Of a DNA stretch of 64,000 nucleotides, positions 24,507-64,000 are shown piece after piece. A program made the position numbers and the translations under genes. Each line of letters starts with the position of its first letter. Position 1 is the first letter of the stretch. The DNA is taken from NCBI RefSeq assembly GCF_009914755.1, contig NC_060940.1. One strand, 5' to 3'. Origin of the DNA: the human T2T-CHM13v2.0 reference genome, Homo sapiens. The notes below the pieces were generated by a model. It made no database searches. It was not told the origin of the DNA and worked only from the letters and a program-made list of their open reading frames with translations.

Positions 24507-24704
24507 TTAAATCTGGTCTGGACTTCTCAAAAAAGTCAGTGTGATGAAAACATGTTCTAGATAAAACAGAAATGAGACTGGGCATGGTGGCTCATGCCTG
24601 AAATCCCAGCGCCTTCGGAGGCCAAGGCAGGAGAATCACTTGAGGCCAGGAGTTTGTGAACAGCCTGGGCAACATAGTGAGACCCCAGATCTACTAAAAA
24701 TTTA

Positions 24705-25197
<493 letters not shown>

Positions 25198-25781
25198 TCA
25201 ACCTCCCGGAGCCATATAAACCCTAACCCTAACCCAGGAAGCAGGCAAGCCTGTGTGTGAGTTTCCACTCTATTGCTGGTACCACTCGGCTCTGGCAACC
25301 CGGAAGGCCACCTTCCCCTGTTGTTACTGTGTAAGGAGGAAGGAGCACTGGTTTGCAAGTCAGAAGCCTGGGTTGAAGCCTCTGCTTGGGTTCCTGCTGG
25401 CTGTGGGAATGTGGGGTTACCTTTCCCAGCTGGCCTCGTTTCCTTCATGTCCAATGCAGGGGTTCCAGTCACATGCGTTGGGCACCATTACATGTCCAAG
25501 CTGTGCCAGGATCTAGAAAAATGGCTGGACTCAGGCCAAGGGGCCTTCCTGTCTGGCAGTGAAAATAAGAGGAGATACCAAGGGCCCTGAGTCTGGAGGG
25601 GAAGTCATGAGCACAGGGCAGTGCCAGGGCCCGGGAGCTGCCACAGAGGAGCCCACCTTGGTGACAGACACCTGTAGGCACATCCGTGATGCCCAGTGCC
25701 CAACACAGGGAACTGGACAAACGTTTCATGCACGACTCTTTTTTCCCTTCTTGGCTACCTTGAGGACCTTGATTATAATAG

Positions 25782-25940
<159 letters not shown>

Positions 25941-26355
25941 TAGGCTCAGCTAATTTTTGTATTTTTACTACAGATGGGGTTTCACCATGTTGGCCAGGCT
26001 GATCTTGAACTGCTGACCTCAGGTGATCTGCCCACCTGGGCCTCCCAAAGTCTTGGGATTACAGGTGTGAGCCACTGAGCCCAGCCGGATTATAATAGCC
26101 TTTTCATGCACCAGGGGCTTTATACTCATTATCTCATTTCATTCATATGAGTTGAAATCAGCTTACCCCCCATTTCACAGATGAGGAAACCAAGGCCCAG
26201 AGAGGTTAGGAATTCGTCCAAGGTCACACAGCTAGGAAGTAGGATTCAAACCCAGACAGCCAGGCTGTAACACCTAGGCTCTTCTCAGGCTCATGCCCTT
26301 CCCAGGGGTCTGGGAAGCCCTGACCTGCAGCCTGTCACCTTCGTTTACCCCCCAG

Positions 26356-30041
<3,686 letters not shown>

Positions 30042-30109
30042 GTGAGTCCCCAGCAGCACCATGCCACCCACCCCGAGTATCCCCTGGGCATCCTGGCATA
30101 GCCAGATGA

Positions 30110-30493
<384 letters not shown>

Positions 30494-31028
30494 TAATGTG
30501 AGTGATCTTTAACAATGAGGACTTGAAAAAGAAAACCCTGAAGAAACCTAATTCTTTGATGTCTGGACGACAAGGAAGAAGATAGAAATGGTATCAGATA
30601 ATAAACAGTGTAAATGTTTATCAGAAAGAGGCTGGTGGTCGGGACCAGTAGGAGGATCGCTTGAGACCAGGAGTGCATCTCTACAAAAAAGTTAAAGGAT
30701 TTTTTAACATTGGCCAGGCGTGGTGGCACACATCTGTGATCCCAGCTACTTGGGAGGCTGAGGCAGGAGGATTGCTTGAAGCCCAGGAGGTTGAGGCTGC
30801 AGTGAGCTGTGATCGAGCCACTGCACTCCAGCCTGGGTGACAGAGCAAAACCCAGTCTCAAAAAAAAAAAATAATAATAATAATATTTTACATAACCAAC
30901 CACTTCTAAAGATTAAAAAAAAAAACCCTACAATTAATTAAAAACCTCAGGTCCCTCAGGCAATCATACCAGATATTGAAACAAAGCAATAACATAAGGA
31001 CTGCAGTATTTATTTTATTTTTATATTA

Positions 31029-31038
31029 TTTATTTATT
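31029..31038 (-). terminator. Overlapping AATAAA polyadenylation signals for NPIP
   Basis: TTTATT at 31029-31034 and 31033-31038, about 70 nt past the stop; another at 31111-31116 inside the CDS. Confidence 0.6.
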
Positions 31039-31103
31039 CTTCGTTAGTTTGTTTTTGGAGCGTGGGTTTTGTTTTGTTTTTTGATTTTTTTCTTTTTTTC
31101 GAC

Positions 31104-51331
<20,228 letters not shown>

Positions 51332-51852
51332 TTGCAGAATGAGAACAGGGGCTCATGATGATTGCCAACCTATTAGACAATTAAGAAAAAAAGTTTGTTG
51401 AATGAGTGGAAAAACAAGGTGATGTTTGAGTCTATAGTGGTCAAGAGCATAGGGGCTTCAGAAAAGGACAGAACCAAGTTCAAATTCCTGTACTTTGAAT
51501 TTCTACTTCATGCCATGCAAAATTACTTTACCCCTTTTAACCTCAGTTTTCTTCTGTGTGAAACAGGAACAATAGTTTCATTCGTCATTCAGTTTCTCTC
51601 AAGGTTTCATGAGATCATACCTATAAAACATCCAAGTCATTTAAATGTATCATCATTTCTGTCATAATTAGTGGGATCCATTTCACTATTATTGGATATA
51701 CAGTTCTGTGCCTGAAACCTACAAAAAAGAAAATGTTAAGTCTAAAAAGCATTAGTGATTTCTCATTTTTATATTACTAATTATAACCCTATTTAATCAC
51801 ACAAGGCCTTGTTCATGGCAGGTGCTCAATAAACACTTGTCAAATCAATGCA

Positions 51853-51902
51853 TGTTTAGATTCTATTCTGTTTAGATTCTACACTGTTTAGATTCTATTC
51901 TG
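51853..51902 (+). repeat. 3 x 16-bp tandem repeat TGTTTAGATTCTA(TTC/CAC)
   Basis: Units start at 51853, 51869 and 51885. Confidence 0.85.
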
Positions 51903-52270
51903 CCTCCACCACTTATCAGCTGTGTGATCTGGGTAAGATAATTCACCTCTTTATGTCTGCACTTCCCTCTCCATAAACTATATATAATGAGAATCCTTAG
52001 CTCATTCGGTTGTGGTGACGGGTGAATGATTTGGCACACAGGAGGGGCTTGTTAAACATTAGCTGTGATGATCTCCTTCCAAATCTTCATTTTCAGAGCC
52101 ACAGATGAGGCCATAGTGCAACCAGGTGACCTTAGAGTGTAAGTACACATGATCGCCAGCTATGCTCTGTCTCCACCATAGGTCCAAGACTGGGTAGTTC
52201 CGGCCTGGAGGTTTCTGCTGCATCTGCCTTCTCAGTGCTCACCTAAGGACTTTTGTATTTTCCTCCTCGC

Positions 52271-52353
52271 ATCCCCACAGATGGGGTTCAGGCTGCCGGA
52301 CACAGCTGGGTGATGCCAGGGCAGTGGTCACCTGTGCCAGCCCTGTGAGGTAG
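52271..52353 (-). pseudogene. Degenerate ACSM1-like upstream exon relic (YLTGLAQVTTALA/HPAV/SGSLNPICGD)
   Basis: CAG acceptor 52356-52354; aligns to recalled [33 protein letters not shown] with 2-nt and 15-nt deletions; donor reads GCGAGG. Confidence 0.65.
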
Positions 52354-54135
52354 CTGGAGGATCATTGTTCCTTCCTTCTCGGGCTCTGGGCAGATGCCAG
52401 GGCTGGGGTGACCCATGCCCTCAAGTTTCTTGCTTTGGTGGGCCACATTTTCCCTTGGCAAAGAGGGTAAAGGTCACAGGATGCCAGAGAGCTGTGACTT
52501 CTCTGTGCCCTGGGCCCAAACTATGAAGACCTGACACACTATGCTAAAAGTCCAAGGCTGGGTGCTCCCCAGAGCTTCTTGCCTCACCGCTTCTGCTGAG
52601 GGAGGAATGAATACTATGTCCTCCCAGAGCTTTGGGAGCTTGTAGCAAGCAGCCTCCCCAGCACAAAATCTCTTGGAAACCTCTAACTGTGTCTGAAACA
52701 TTAGTGCAAATGTTGGATCATATTTCCCATATGTCCGCATGTTTTAGGAAAAAACCCTCAATTTCCTAAATATGCAAGAAAAATCGATATTGTAGGACAA
52801 TGTGACTTTTTAAAAAATGTTATTTAAAAATCTTCCCCACCTCCTTTTCTGCCCTCCAAGACTGCCAAATACTTGTTGAACAAATATTATTAAAAGCCTA
52901 CTACGTGCCAGCCATGATTCATGGTCTTGGGGACACAGCAGAGAACGAACTGACAGGATTCCTCTCTTATGCAACTCACATTCTTACATGATAATGATAA
53001 GGGTTAACATTAATTAAGCCGTCACTACGTGTTAGTCATGGTGCAGTCATTCCCACACATTATTACACTTAAACCTGCTAGCAAGCTTGCAAGGTAGTTA
53101 GTTGTTTTTCCTTTAAAAACTGAGTCTCAGAATGATGAAGCACTTTGTCCAATGTCACACGGCTAGTAAGTGTGGACACCTTGCATCCAATCAATGCCCA
53201 TCTCATTCTAAAGGCCATGTTATGTGTTCTCCAGCCCATGGAGAATAATTTTAACACAGTCAATGAAATTTCTACACAACAATGTTCTTGTCTCAAGTCC
53301 AAGAATGCCTCCTACACCTCCTATAATACAGGCTTTCTGGTGAGTAAAGATGCCATTCTCATGTGTAATCAGGTGGCAAATGGAGATATGACCAAAGTAA
53401 CCATCTGCCTACACTCATAACCCTGTACACACTCTTCCTGTGTCGATTCAATTCAAGTACCCCTTTTGATCACTTAGCAAAACTGAGCTTTAAAAGGGTT
53501 AAGGTTTTTATATCCATGTAAGTTTCTGTATTGCTTTGGAAGTCTCTGGTTAAATGAATACTCTTTTAATAGTGACCTGTGATTCTGTTTTGATCAAGTG
53601 TTTTCAAACTTGACGTCTTTGATGGGTTTTTCCAGTGTCAAAATCCTAAATCAAGTCTTTTTGGCCTAAAATTAACTTTGGGATTTTTCAGCTGTGTCCC
53701 TTGGGGAGTCTAAAGAATGTATCTCTCATCTTGTAGAGGTATTAAGTGATTCGATTTATTTGGTAGATTAAATGGGCAGGCATTGTCAAATGTGGTGATA
53801 CTGCATGGGAGGGCACTGTCAAGTGAGGTGACATTAGATCTCATCTCAGTTATATTTATGGGTATGTTGTTGATATACGTGTTCCAAAAATTACACACAT
53901 TTATACAAATTTAAGATGTTATTATTTGTAATTTTGATAGTTATGCTAAATATTTGCTAAAGTTATATTTGTATAAACATGTCATGAATGGCTGGGCACC
54001 ATCACTCATGCCTGTAATCCCAGCACTTTGGGAGACAAAGGCAGGTGGATCACCTGAGGTCAGGAGTTCGAGACCAGCCTGACTAATAGGGTGAAACCCT
54101 GTCTCCACTAAAAATACAAAAATTAGCCATGCCTA

Positions 54136-54268
<133 letters not shown>

Positions 54269-54407
54269 CTAAAAAAAAAAGTTATTAATTATTTCTGAAG
54301 ATTACATGAAATTTATAAAAGTCTGGTGGTCCTGATATGATGCTGTCAGTCATGATTCTGATTACTGTCTTAAAATGCCGCACATAAGTAATTAAATTTC
54401 CTTGTGA

Positions 54408-54725
<318 letters not shown>

Positions 54726-55843
54726 TAGCCAGGATGGTCTCAATCTCCTGACCACCTCCGCCTCCCAAAGTGCTGGGATTACAGATGTGAGCCACCGCGC
54801 CCAGCCTAATTTTTGCATTTTTAGTAGAGAGGTTTCACCATGTTGGCCAGGATGGCCTTGATCTCCTGACCTTGTAATCTGCCTGCCTCGGCCTCCCAAA
54901 GTGCTGGGATTACAGGCGTGAGCCACTGCAACTGACTTTTTTTCTTTTTTTTTCTTTTTTTTTTTTTTTTGAGACAGAGACTCACTCTGTCACCCAGGAT
55001 GGAGTGCAGTGGCATGATTTCGACTCACTGCAATCTCCACCTCCTGAGTTCAAACAATTATCCTGCCTCATCCTTCAAAGTACCTGGGATTACAGGTGAT
55101 TGCCACCATGCCCGGCTCATTTTTGTATTCTTAGTAGAGACGGCGTTTCGCCATGTTGGCCAGGCTGGTCTCAAACTCCTGGCCTCAACTGATCCACTCT
55201 CATTGGCCTTCCAAGGTGCTGGGATTATAGGCATGAGCCACCACAACTGGCTCAGTAAGTACGTTTTTTATTATCAAAAAAGAGTAGTCTATGATTGGCG
55301 TATTCTGTGTAGAATGTATTTTATTGATGTCTTCTATTTTTATAATTTCTGAGTTAAGTACTTTTTAATGAATGCTTTTTAGTTTTGGGCAGATTCAGTT
55401 GACTAAAGCCCCTCATTTCCCAGATACATGAAATAAAATATTTGGCTTCTTTTCCAATTTCACACTGATGTTATTTTGTGAAAATCAGTGCTTTAAGATA
55501 AATCTTTATACTTTAAGGTAAACATGAGAAATTTGATCTAATATTTAATATTTATTCAGTTCTACACTTTATTAAATTCTACACCAGCAGATTTAAAAAT
55601 TATGTAACTATCTCAAGAAGTTTCACTTGGATGTAATGGTTCACGCTTGTAATCCCAGCACTTTGGGAGGCTGAGGTGGGAGGACCACTTAAGGCAAGGA
55701 GTTTGAGATGAGCCTGGGCAATACAGCAAGATCCCATCTCTATTTTAAAGAAAAGTTTCACTTTGGGAGGCTAAGGTGGGCGGATCACAAGGTCAGGAGA
55801 TCGAGACCATCCTGGCTAACATAGTAAAACCCCATCTCTACTA

Positions 55844-56023
<180 letters not shown>

Positions 56024-56283
56024 TCAGCAAATTCCACCTAAGAATTCCACCAGAGTTCTGTTGTCTCCAATGTCATCTTCCACAGATTTCAAGTTATGAA
56101 GCCCTGAACTGTTAATTTATCTTGAGAATGTATATTTAAGCTTAATTTAAGACTATATACCTAAAAATTGAGCATATAATTTGTATAATTTGTTTATGTA
56201 AGTTTCTGTAAGTCATAAGTATGTAGTTTCCAAGTGTATAATTTATCTGAATGTAATAGGCATTAATATATTTTACATTATCA

Positions 56284-56598
<315 letters not shown>

Positions 56599-56681
56599 CT
56601 AGGCAACATGGCAAGAGCCTGTCTCTCCAAAACCTACAAAAATTAGCCAAGCATGGTGGTGTGAGCCTGTAGTCCCAGCTA

Positions 56682-57134
<453 letters not shown>

Positions 57135-57459
57135 TTACTTGTAATTAAAAATCATGCATCATTCACAATTTATCAGTCTTTTTTGTTTGTACAATAACTA
57201 ATATAGTTATTCTCTTTTGTCTGTATTTTGACTGGTTTGGTGAGAGGGAATTAGGCCACCTGAGAGTTTGTGTGTTTAAAATTTTCTGGCCAGGCACGGT
57301 GGCTCATGCCTGTAATCCCAGCACATTTGGAGGCTGAGGCAGGGGTATCACCTGTGTTCAGGGGTTCTAGACCAGCCTGACCAACATGGAGAAACTCCCG
57401 TCTCTACTAAAAATACAAACTTAGCTGGGCGTGGTGGTACATGCCTGTAATCCCAGCTA

Positions 57460-57585
<126 letters not shown>

Positions 57586-58041
57586 CTATCACAGCATAAA
57601 GTAGAGGGATATTTCATTACTATCTAGTTAAACTGGTTAATGCAGAAAGGAAGTCTGGAAATTCCAGTTTTAAAGTAAAATTTTGGACATTGTAGGATTG
57701 ATTATTTGGCATCGTTGTGATGTTTGTTCCTGCATTATGGTTTTGTTGGCAGAGCAGCCTCTAAGGACCTGTATATTTTCTTCTAGACTCTATATATTCC
57801 CTGTGAGTATTAGTTGCATGGTCAAACTGGCAAATTTTACCATAGGTATAAATAATAGAGAATGTGGAAGAATAGTGAATAGTGTCAGAGATAGTTAAAA
57901 GTCCATACAGAAGTAGAGAGGGTAATAAGTAACAGTGGCTTGGACTAAATATTTGTTGAATAAATTTTTTAAAAAACAGGCTACCTACAATTTGTGTTGA
58001 AGATATGAATGAATGAAGTTTCCACACCCTTATGTGGAGTC

Positions 58042-58377
58042 CTGATAAGTAAGCAACAATAAGGAAGGGTCCCCAGGTTGGGGAGAGCCCCAAGTTGAGA
58101 ACAATAATGAACAATTACTGTATGAACAATTGTTAGAGACAGCTAATCACAAACAACCTGCGGGCACAATGACCTCATTCCACACGTAGCACCCTTCAGC
58201 AGGACCCTATAAAACTTTCCTCCAGCCCCTGCCTCTTTGCAGGTAGCCCCTTCTCTGCTGAGCTGCCCACTGCAACATATTTTCATAATTTCTCTAATAA
58301 ATCTGCCCTTCTTTACCTACAACTATCTTGGTAAATGGCTTTACCACCTGCAAAACTGACCCTAGGTTGTTGCTACC
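58042..58377 (+). mobile_element. ERV-like LTR fragment hosting THE1
   Basis: TATAAAA and AATAAA in LTR-like spacing; family not identified. Confidence 0.45.
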
Positions 58378-58741
58378 CGATATGGTTTGGCTGCGTCCCC
58401 ACCCAAATTTCATCTTGAATTGTAGTTCCCATAATCCCCATGTGTCGTGGGAGGGACCTGGTAGGAGGTAATCAAATCATGGGGGCAGGTTTTTCCCATA
58501 CTGTTCTTGTGATAGTGAATACATCTCACTAAATCTGATGGTTTTATAAAGGGCAGTTTCCCTGCACGTGCTCTCTTTCCTGCAGCCATGTAAGACGTAC
58601 CTTTGCTCCTTCTTTGCCTTCCACCATGATTCTGAGGCCTCCCCAGCCTTGTGGAACTGTGAGTACATTAAACCTCTTTTCCTTTATAAATTACCCAGTC
58701 TCGAGTATTTCTTCATAGCAGTATGAAAAGTAACTAATACA
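58378..58741 (+). mobile_element. THE1 (THE1D-like) MaLR solo LTR nested in an older LTR
   Basis: GATATGGTTTGGCTG...CTAATACA with 5-bp TSD CTACC at 58373-58377 and 58742-58746. Confidence 0.88.
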
Positions 58742-59144
58742 CTACCTGAGACACCTTAGGAGATTTGTAATAGCTGTAATGCCAGGTCCACCATATTTTT
58801 AGCATAAAGCAAATGTTTACCCATGATATGACTGCACAGGCTTTCAGCTGGAGCCATAGCAACTCAAGTAGTAACCCTATCTTAGTCTGATTAAAAGTAA
58901 ATATTAGTCTGGGCATGGTGGGACATGCCTGTAATCCCAGTACTTGGGGAGGCTGAGACAGAAGGATTGCTTGAGCCCAGGAGTTTGAGACCAGCCTGGG
59001 CAACATGGAAAAACCCCGTCTCTACAAAAAATACAAAAATTAGCTGAGCGTGGTGGCACACACCTGTAGTCCCAGCACCTTGGGAGGGTGAGGCAGGAGT
59101 ATCTCTTGAACCCAGGAGGTGGAGGCTGCAGTGAGCAGTGATCA

Positions 59145-60017
<873 letters not shown>

Positions 60018-60770
60018 ATCATGCCACTGCACTCCAGCCTGGGCAACAGAGCAAGGCCCTGTCTCAAAAAGAAAAAAAAAAAAGTAATATGACTTAATGC
60101 ATTCATTTTGGAGGGTAAGTCTCTCAAAATAGGCCTTTCACTGGGGGAAAATGGTAAAAATACTCCCTGGTAATTCAAGAATTGGAGACTCCTGAGATGC
60201 TGCTCATATTAGCTGAACACTTATCAATACTTCACTTTTTTCCATATATACTCAAGGAACAAGTGCCATTTAAAGTGTTTCACTCCGCTGTGCTAGGTGC
60301 AAGACTATAAAGAGTTGTGAGGATCAATACTTTTATGAAAACCAATGTCATTCTGAATATAGTTTCAGATGCTAGTGCAAAGGAAGCTCTTAGTATACGT
60401 AAAAAGTATTCAACAATAAATTGGGCATGGTTGCTTCCATTTTCTGCCTCACATACTTTTTTTTTCATGGTTAAAGTGATATAATGTCTATGATACTTTA
60501 GATTGGCAGTTGCAAACTAGTGGTCCTCAGCGTGCTTTTTATGACACCTACAAGGTTTGAAGACTTCGATTTCATATTAAAAATCTGGGTTTCAGGCTGG
60601 GTGTGGTGTTGCATGCCTGTAATCCCAGCACTTTGGGAGGTTAAGGTGGGTGGATCACCTGAGGTCAGGAGTTCGAGACCAGCCTGGCCAACATGATGAA
60701 ACTCTGTCTCTACTAAAAATACAAAAATCAGCCAGGCATGGTGGCATGTGCCTGTAATCCCAGCTACTCA

Positions 60771-60911
<141 letters not shown>

Positions 60912-61032
60912 TCAGGCCAGGTGTGGTGGTGCACTCCTGCAATCCCAGCACTTTGGGAGGCTGAGATGGGCAGACAGCTTGAGCTCAGGAATTCCAGACT
61001 AGCCTGGGCAATGTGGCGAAACCCCATGTCTA

Positions 61033-61281
<249 letters not shown>

Positions 61282-61312
61282 CTACAGTCCTCTATTAAGC
61301 AATGTGCCACAG

Positions 61313-61702
61313 CAGGGGTCCCTGACCCCTGGGCCATGGACATGTACTGGTCTGTGGCCTGTTAGGAACTGGGCCACAGAACAGGAGGTGAATGGTGGGT
61401 AACAATTGAAGCTTCGTCTGTATTTCTGGCCGCTCCCCATTGCTTGCATTGCTGCCTGAGCTCTGCCTCCTGTCAGATCAGCAGCATCATTAGATTCTTA
61501 CAGGAGCATGAACCCTGTTGTGAGTTGCACACACGAGGGATCCAGGTTGCATATTCCTTATGAGAATCTAATTCCTGATGATTTGTGGTGGAACAGTTTC
61601 ATCCCAAGACCATTACCATCCTGCGCCCCATCCCTTGCCGCCTGTGGAAAAATTGTCTTCCACAAAGCCGGTCCCTGGCGCCAAAAATGTTGGGGACTGC
61701 TG
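61313..61702 (+). mobile_element. MER1 (MER1B-like) hAT-Charlie DNA transposon
   Basis: Termini CAGGGGTCCC...GGGGACTGCTG and characteristic internal GCATTAGATTCT-like motif. Confidence 0.8.
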
Positions 61703-62337
61703 TGCTTTAGAATCTGCCATGAATCTGCAGCCTCTATTATATAGCTCCCTATAGACTTTGCTTCCTACCGTCTTACGTTCTGCCTTATAGGCATTTGAGT
61801 TTGCAACCCTTGTTTTTGTTAGTATGCTACGCTGGTGACATTGACCAAATTGACCACACATTAATGATAAGCTTAGTTGGTGATGACCTCAATGGAATAA
61901 TGTGACATAAGTATTGTGACAATACTTCTTGCATGTATCTGCAGGTGGAATTGTAAACCTGGTGGTCCGAGATGGTCTAATTCGATCTTCCTATGTATCT
62001 CCTTATATTAATAGTGGTAACATTTGTGGTGGTGATTCAGCGTTTCAATGCCTCTTCTCATGGCAACAACAAATGTTTTCCTTCTGAATCAACATTAACC
62101 TAGATGTTACTGCGGATCAAAATTAGACTGTACATTTTCAACCACAGAAATATTGGGCAGTAAAAATTTTTCTTAATATTGATTGCCTACATAGGTTGTG
62201 TAATTAGCATATGTTTATAGTTCTATGATTTGTGCGTGGCTGCTACAGAGCCAGAGGGGGTAAAGCAACAGTGTTTTCTCAGTTGTGCGAGCAGCATTAC
62301 ATTATAATAAATAGGTAATATTAAACTGGGCTGATGA

Positions 62338-63863
62338 GAGTTGCAAAAGACTACTTTAATGTTCATATGGAACCAAAAAAGAGCCCACATTGCCAAGACA
62401 ATCCTAAGCCCAAAGAACAAAGCTGGAGGCATCATGCTACCTGACTTCAAACTATACTACAAGGCTACAGTAACCAAAACAGCATGGTACTGGTACCAAA
62501 ACAGACATATAGACCAATGGAACAGAACAGAGCCCTCAGAAATAATACCACACATCTACAACTATCTGATCTTTGACAAACCTGACAAAAACAAGAAATG
62601 GGGAAAGGATTCCCTATTTAATAAATGGTGCTGGGAAAACTGGCTAGCCATATGTAGAAAGCTGAAACTGGATCCCTTCCTTACATCTTATACAAAAATT
62701 AATTCAAGATGGATTAAAGACTTAAATGTTAGACCTAAAACCATAAAAACCCTAGAAGAAAACCTAGGCAATACCATTCAGGACATAGGCATGGGCAAGG
62801 ACTTCATGTCTAAAACACCAAAAGCAATGGCAACAGAAGCCAAAACTGACAAATGGGATCTAATTAAACTAAAGAGCTGCATAGCAAAAGAAACTACCAT
62901 CAGAGTGAACAGGCAACGTACAGAATGGGAGAAAACTTTTATAATCTACCCATCTGACAAAGGGCTAATATCCAGAATCTACAAAGAACTTAAACAAATT
63001 TACAAGAAAAAAATCAAACAACCCCATCAAAAAGTGGGCGAAGGATATGAACAGACACTTCTCAAAAGAAGACATTTATGCAGCCAACAGACACATGAAA
63101 AAATGCTCATCATCACTGGCCATCAGAGAAATGCAAATCAAAACCACAATGAGATATCATTTCATGCCAGTTAGAATGGCGATCATTAAAAAGTCAGGAA
63201 ACAACAGGTGCTGGAGAGGATGTGGAGAAATAGGAACACTTTTACACTGTTGGTGGGACTGTAAACTAGTTCAACCATTGTGGAAGACAGTGTGGCGACT
63301 CCTCAAGGATCTAGAACTAGAAATACCATTTGACCCAGCCATCCTATTGCTGGGTATATACCCAAAGGATTATAAATCATGCCGCTATAAAGACACATGT
63401 ACACATATGTTTATTGCGGCACTATTCACAATAGCAAAGACTTGGAACCAACCCAAATGTCCATCAATGATAGACTGGATTAAGAAAACGTGGCAATTAT
63501 ACACCATGGAATACTATGCAGCCATAAAAATGGATGAGTTCATGTCCTTTGTAGGAACATGGATGAAGCTGGAAACCATCATTCTGAGCAAACTATCGCC
63601 AGGACAGAAAATCAAACACCGCATGTTCTCACTCATAGGTGGGAATTGAACAATGAGAACACTTGGACACAGGGTGGGGAACATCACACCCTGGGGCTTG
63701 TCATGGGGTGGGGGAAGCCGGGAGAGATAGCATTAGGAGATATACCTAATGTAAATGACGAGTTCATGGGTGCAGCACACCAACGTGGCACATGTATACA
63801 TATGTAACAAACCTGCACATTGTGCACATGTACCCTAGAACTTAAAGTATAATAAAAATAAAT
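62338..63863 (+). mobile_element. 5'-truncated L1PA (about L1PA4-5), ORF2 C-terminus plus 3'UTR, frameshifted
   Basis: ORFs 62341..63174 and 63047..63649 are L1 ORF2p ([19 protein letters not shown]); TSD AAA(C/T)TGGGCTGATGA at 62323-62337 and 63864-63878. Confidence 0.95.
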
Positions 63864-64000
63864 AAATTGGGCTGATGAACCATATTACAGTAATCCAATA
63901 TTTCGCTTGTAAAGTCCTGAGGTTTACAGAAGGAAATCTTTTCTAATAACAAGAAGAGTGAGGCATGTGCTTTGGTCTTTATTTCCTAGTTATACGATCC

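Noticed and set aside
25219-25235. Telomere-like (CCCTAA)2-3, with a similar motif near 22002
   Set aside because: Too short to distinguish from chance.
52380-52520. A fourth, more upstream ACSM exon
   Set aside because: Only a few matching bases; no convincing alignment by eye.
62341-63649. Active L1 or novel protein from the 277-aa and 200-aa ORFs
   Set aside because: 5'-truncated, frameshifted L1 ORF2 with no promoter, endonuclease or RT core.

Overview
Human (or closely related great-ape) DNA from the chromosome 16 LCR16a segmental-duplication core; all homologies below are from recall, with no database search run. The window holds one intact minus-strand NPIPB-type gene of the NPIPB6-B9 subgroup (best guess NPIPB8). 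Its shared exons run 41569 to 31104, and any of three phase-0 first coding exons can splice onto them: ACSM-derived 51331-51212 (432 aa), NPIPA-type 45911-45849 (413 aa) and signal-peptide-like 45098-45033 (414 aa). Convergent with it on + is a two-exon PLA2G10 pseudogene fragment. The rest is very Alu-dense and also contains an LTR12C-type solo LTR, an SVA, THE1 and MER41A LTRs, L1 pieces, MER1/MER30/Charlie fossils and a U13 snoRNA retrocopy. The strongest signal is how the NPIP protein is built from borrowed parts: a three-exon ACSM relic whose dead splice acceptor became an ATG, a 52-bp exact copy of a neighbouring Alu inside exon 2, and a triplicated 42-bp Alu segment encoding PKPKR repeats. 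No prokaryotic-type system is present, and most ORFs in the track are Alu translation artefacts.
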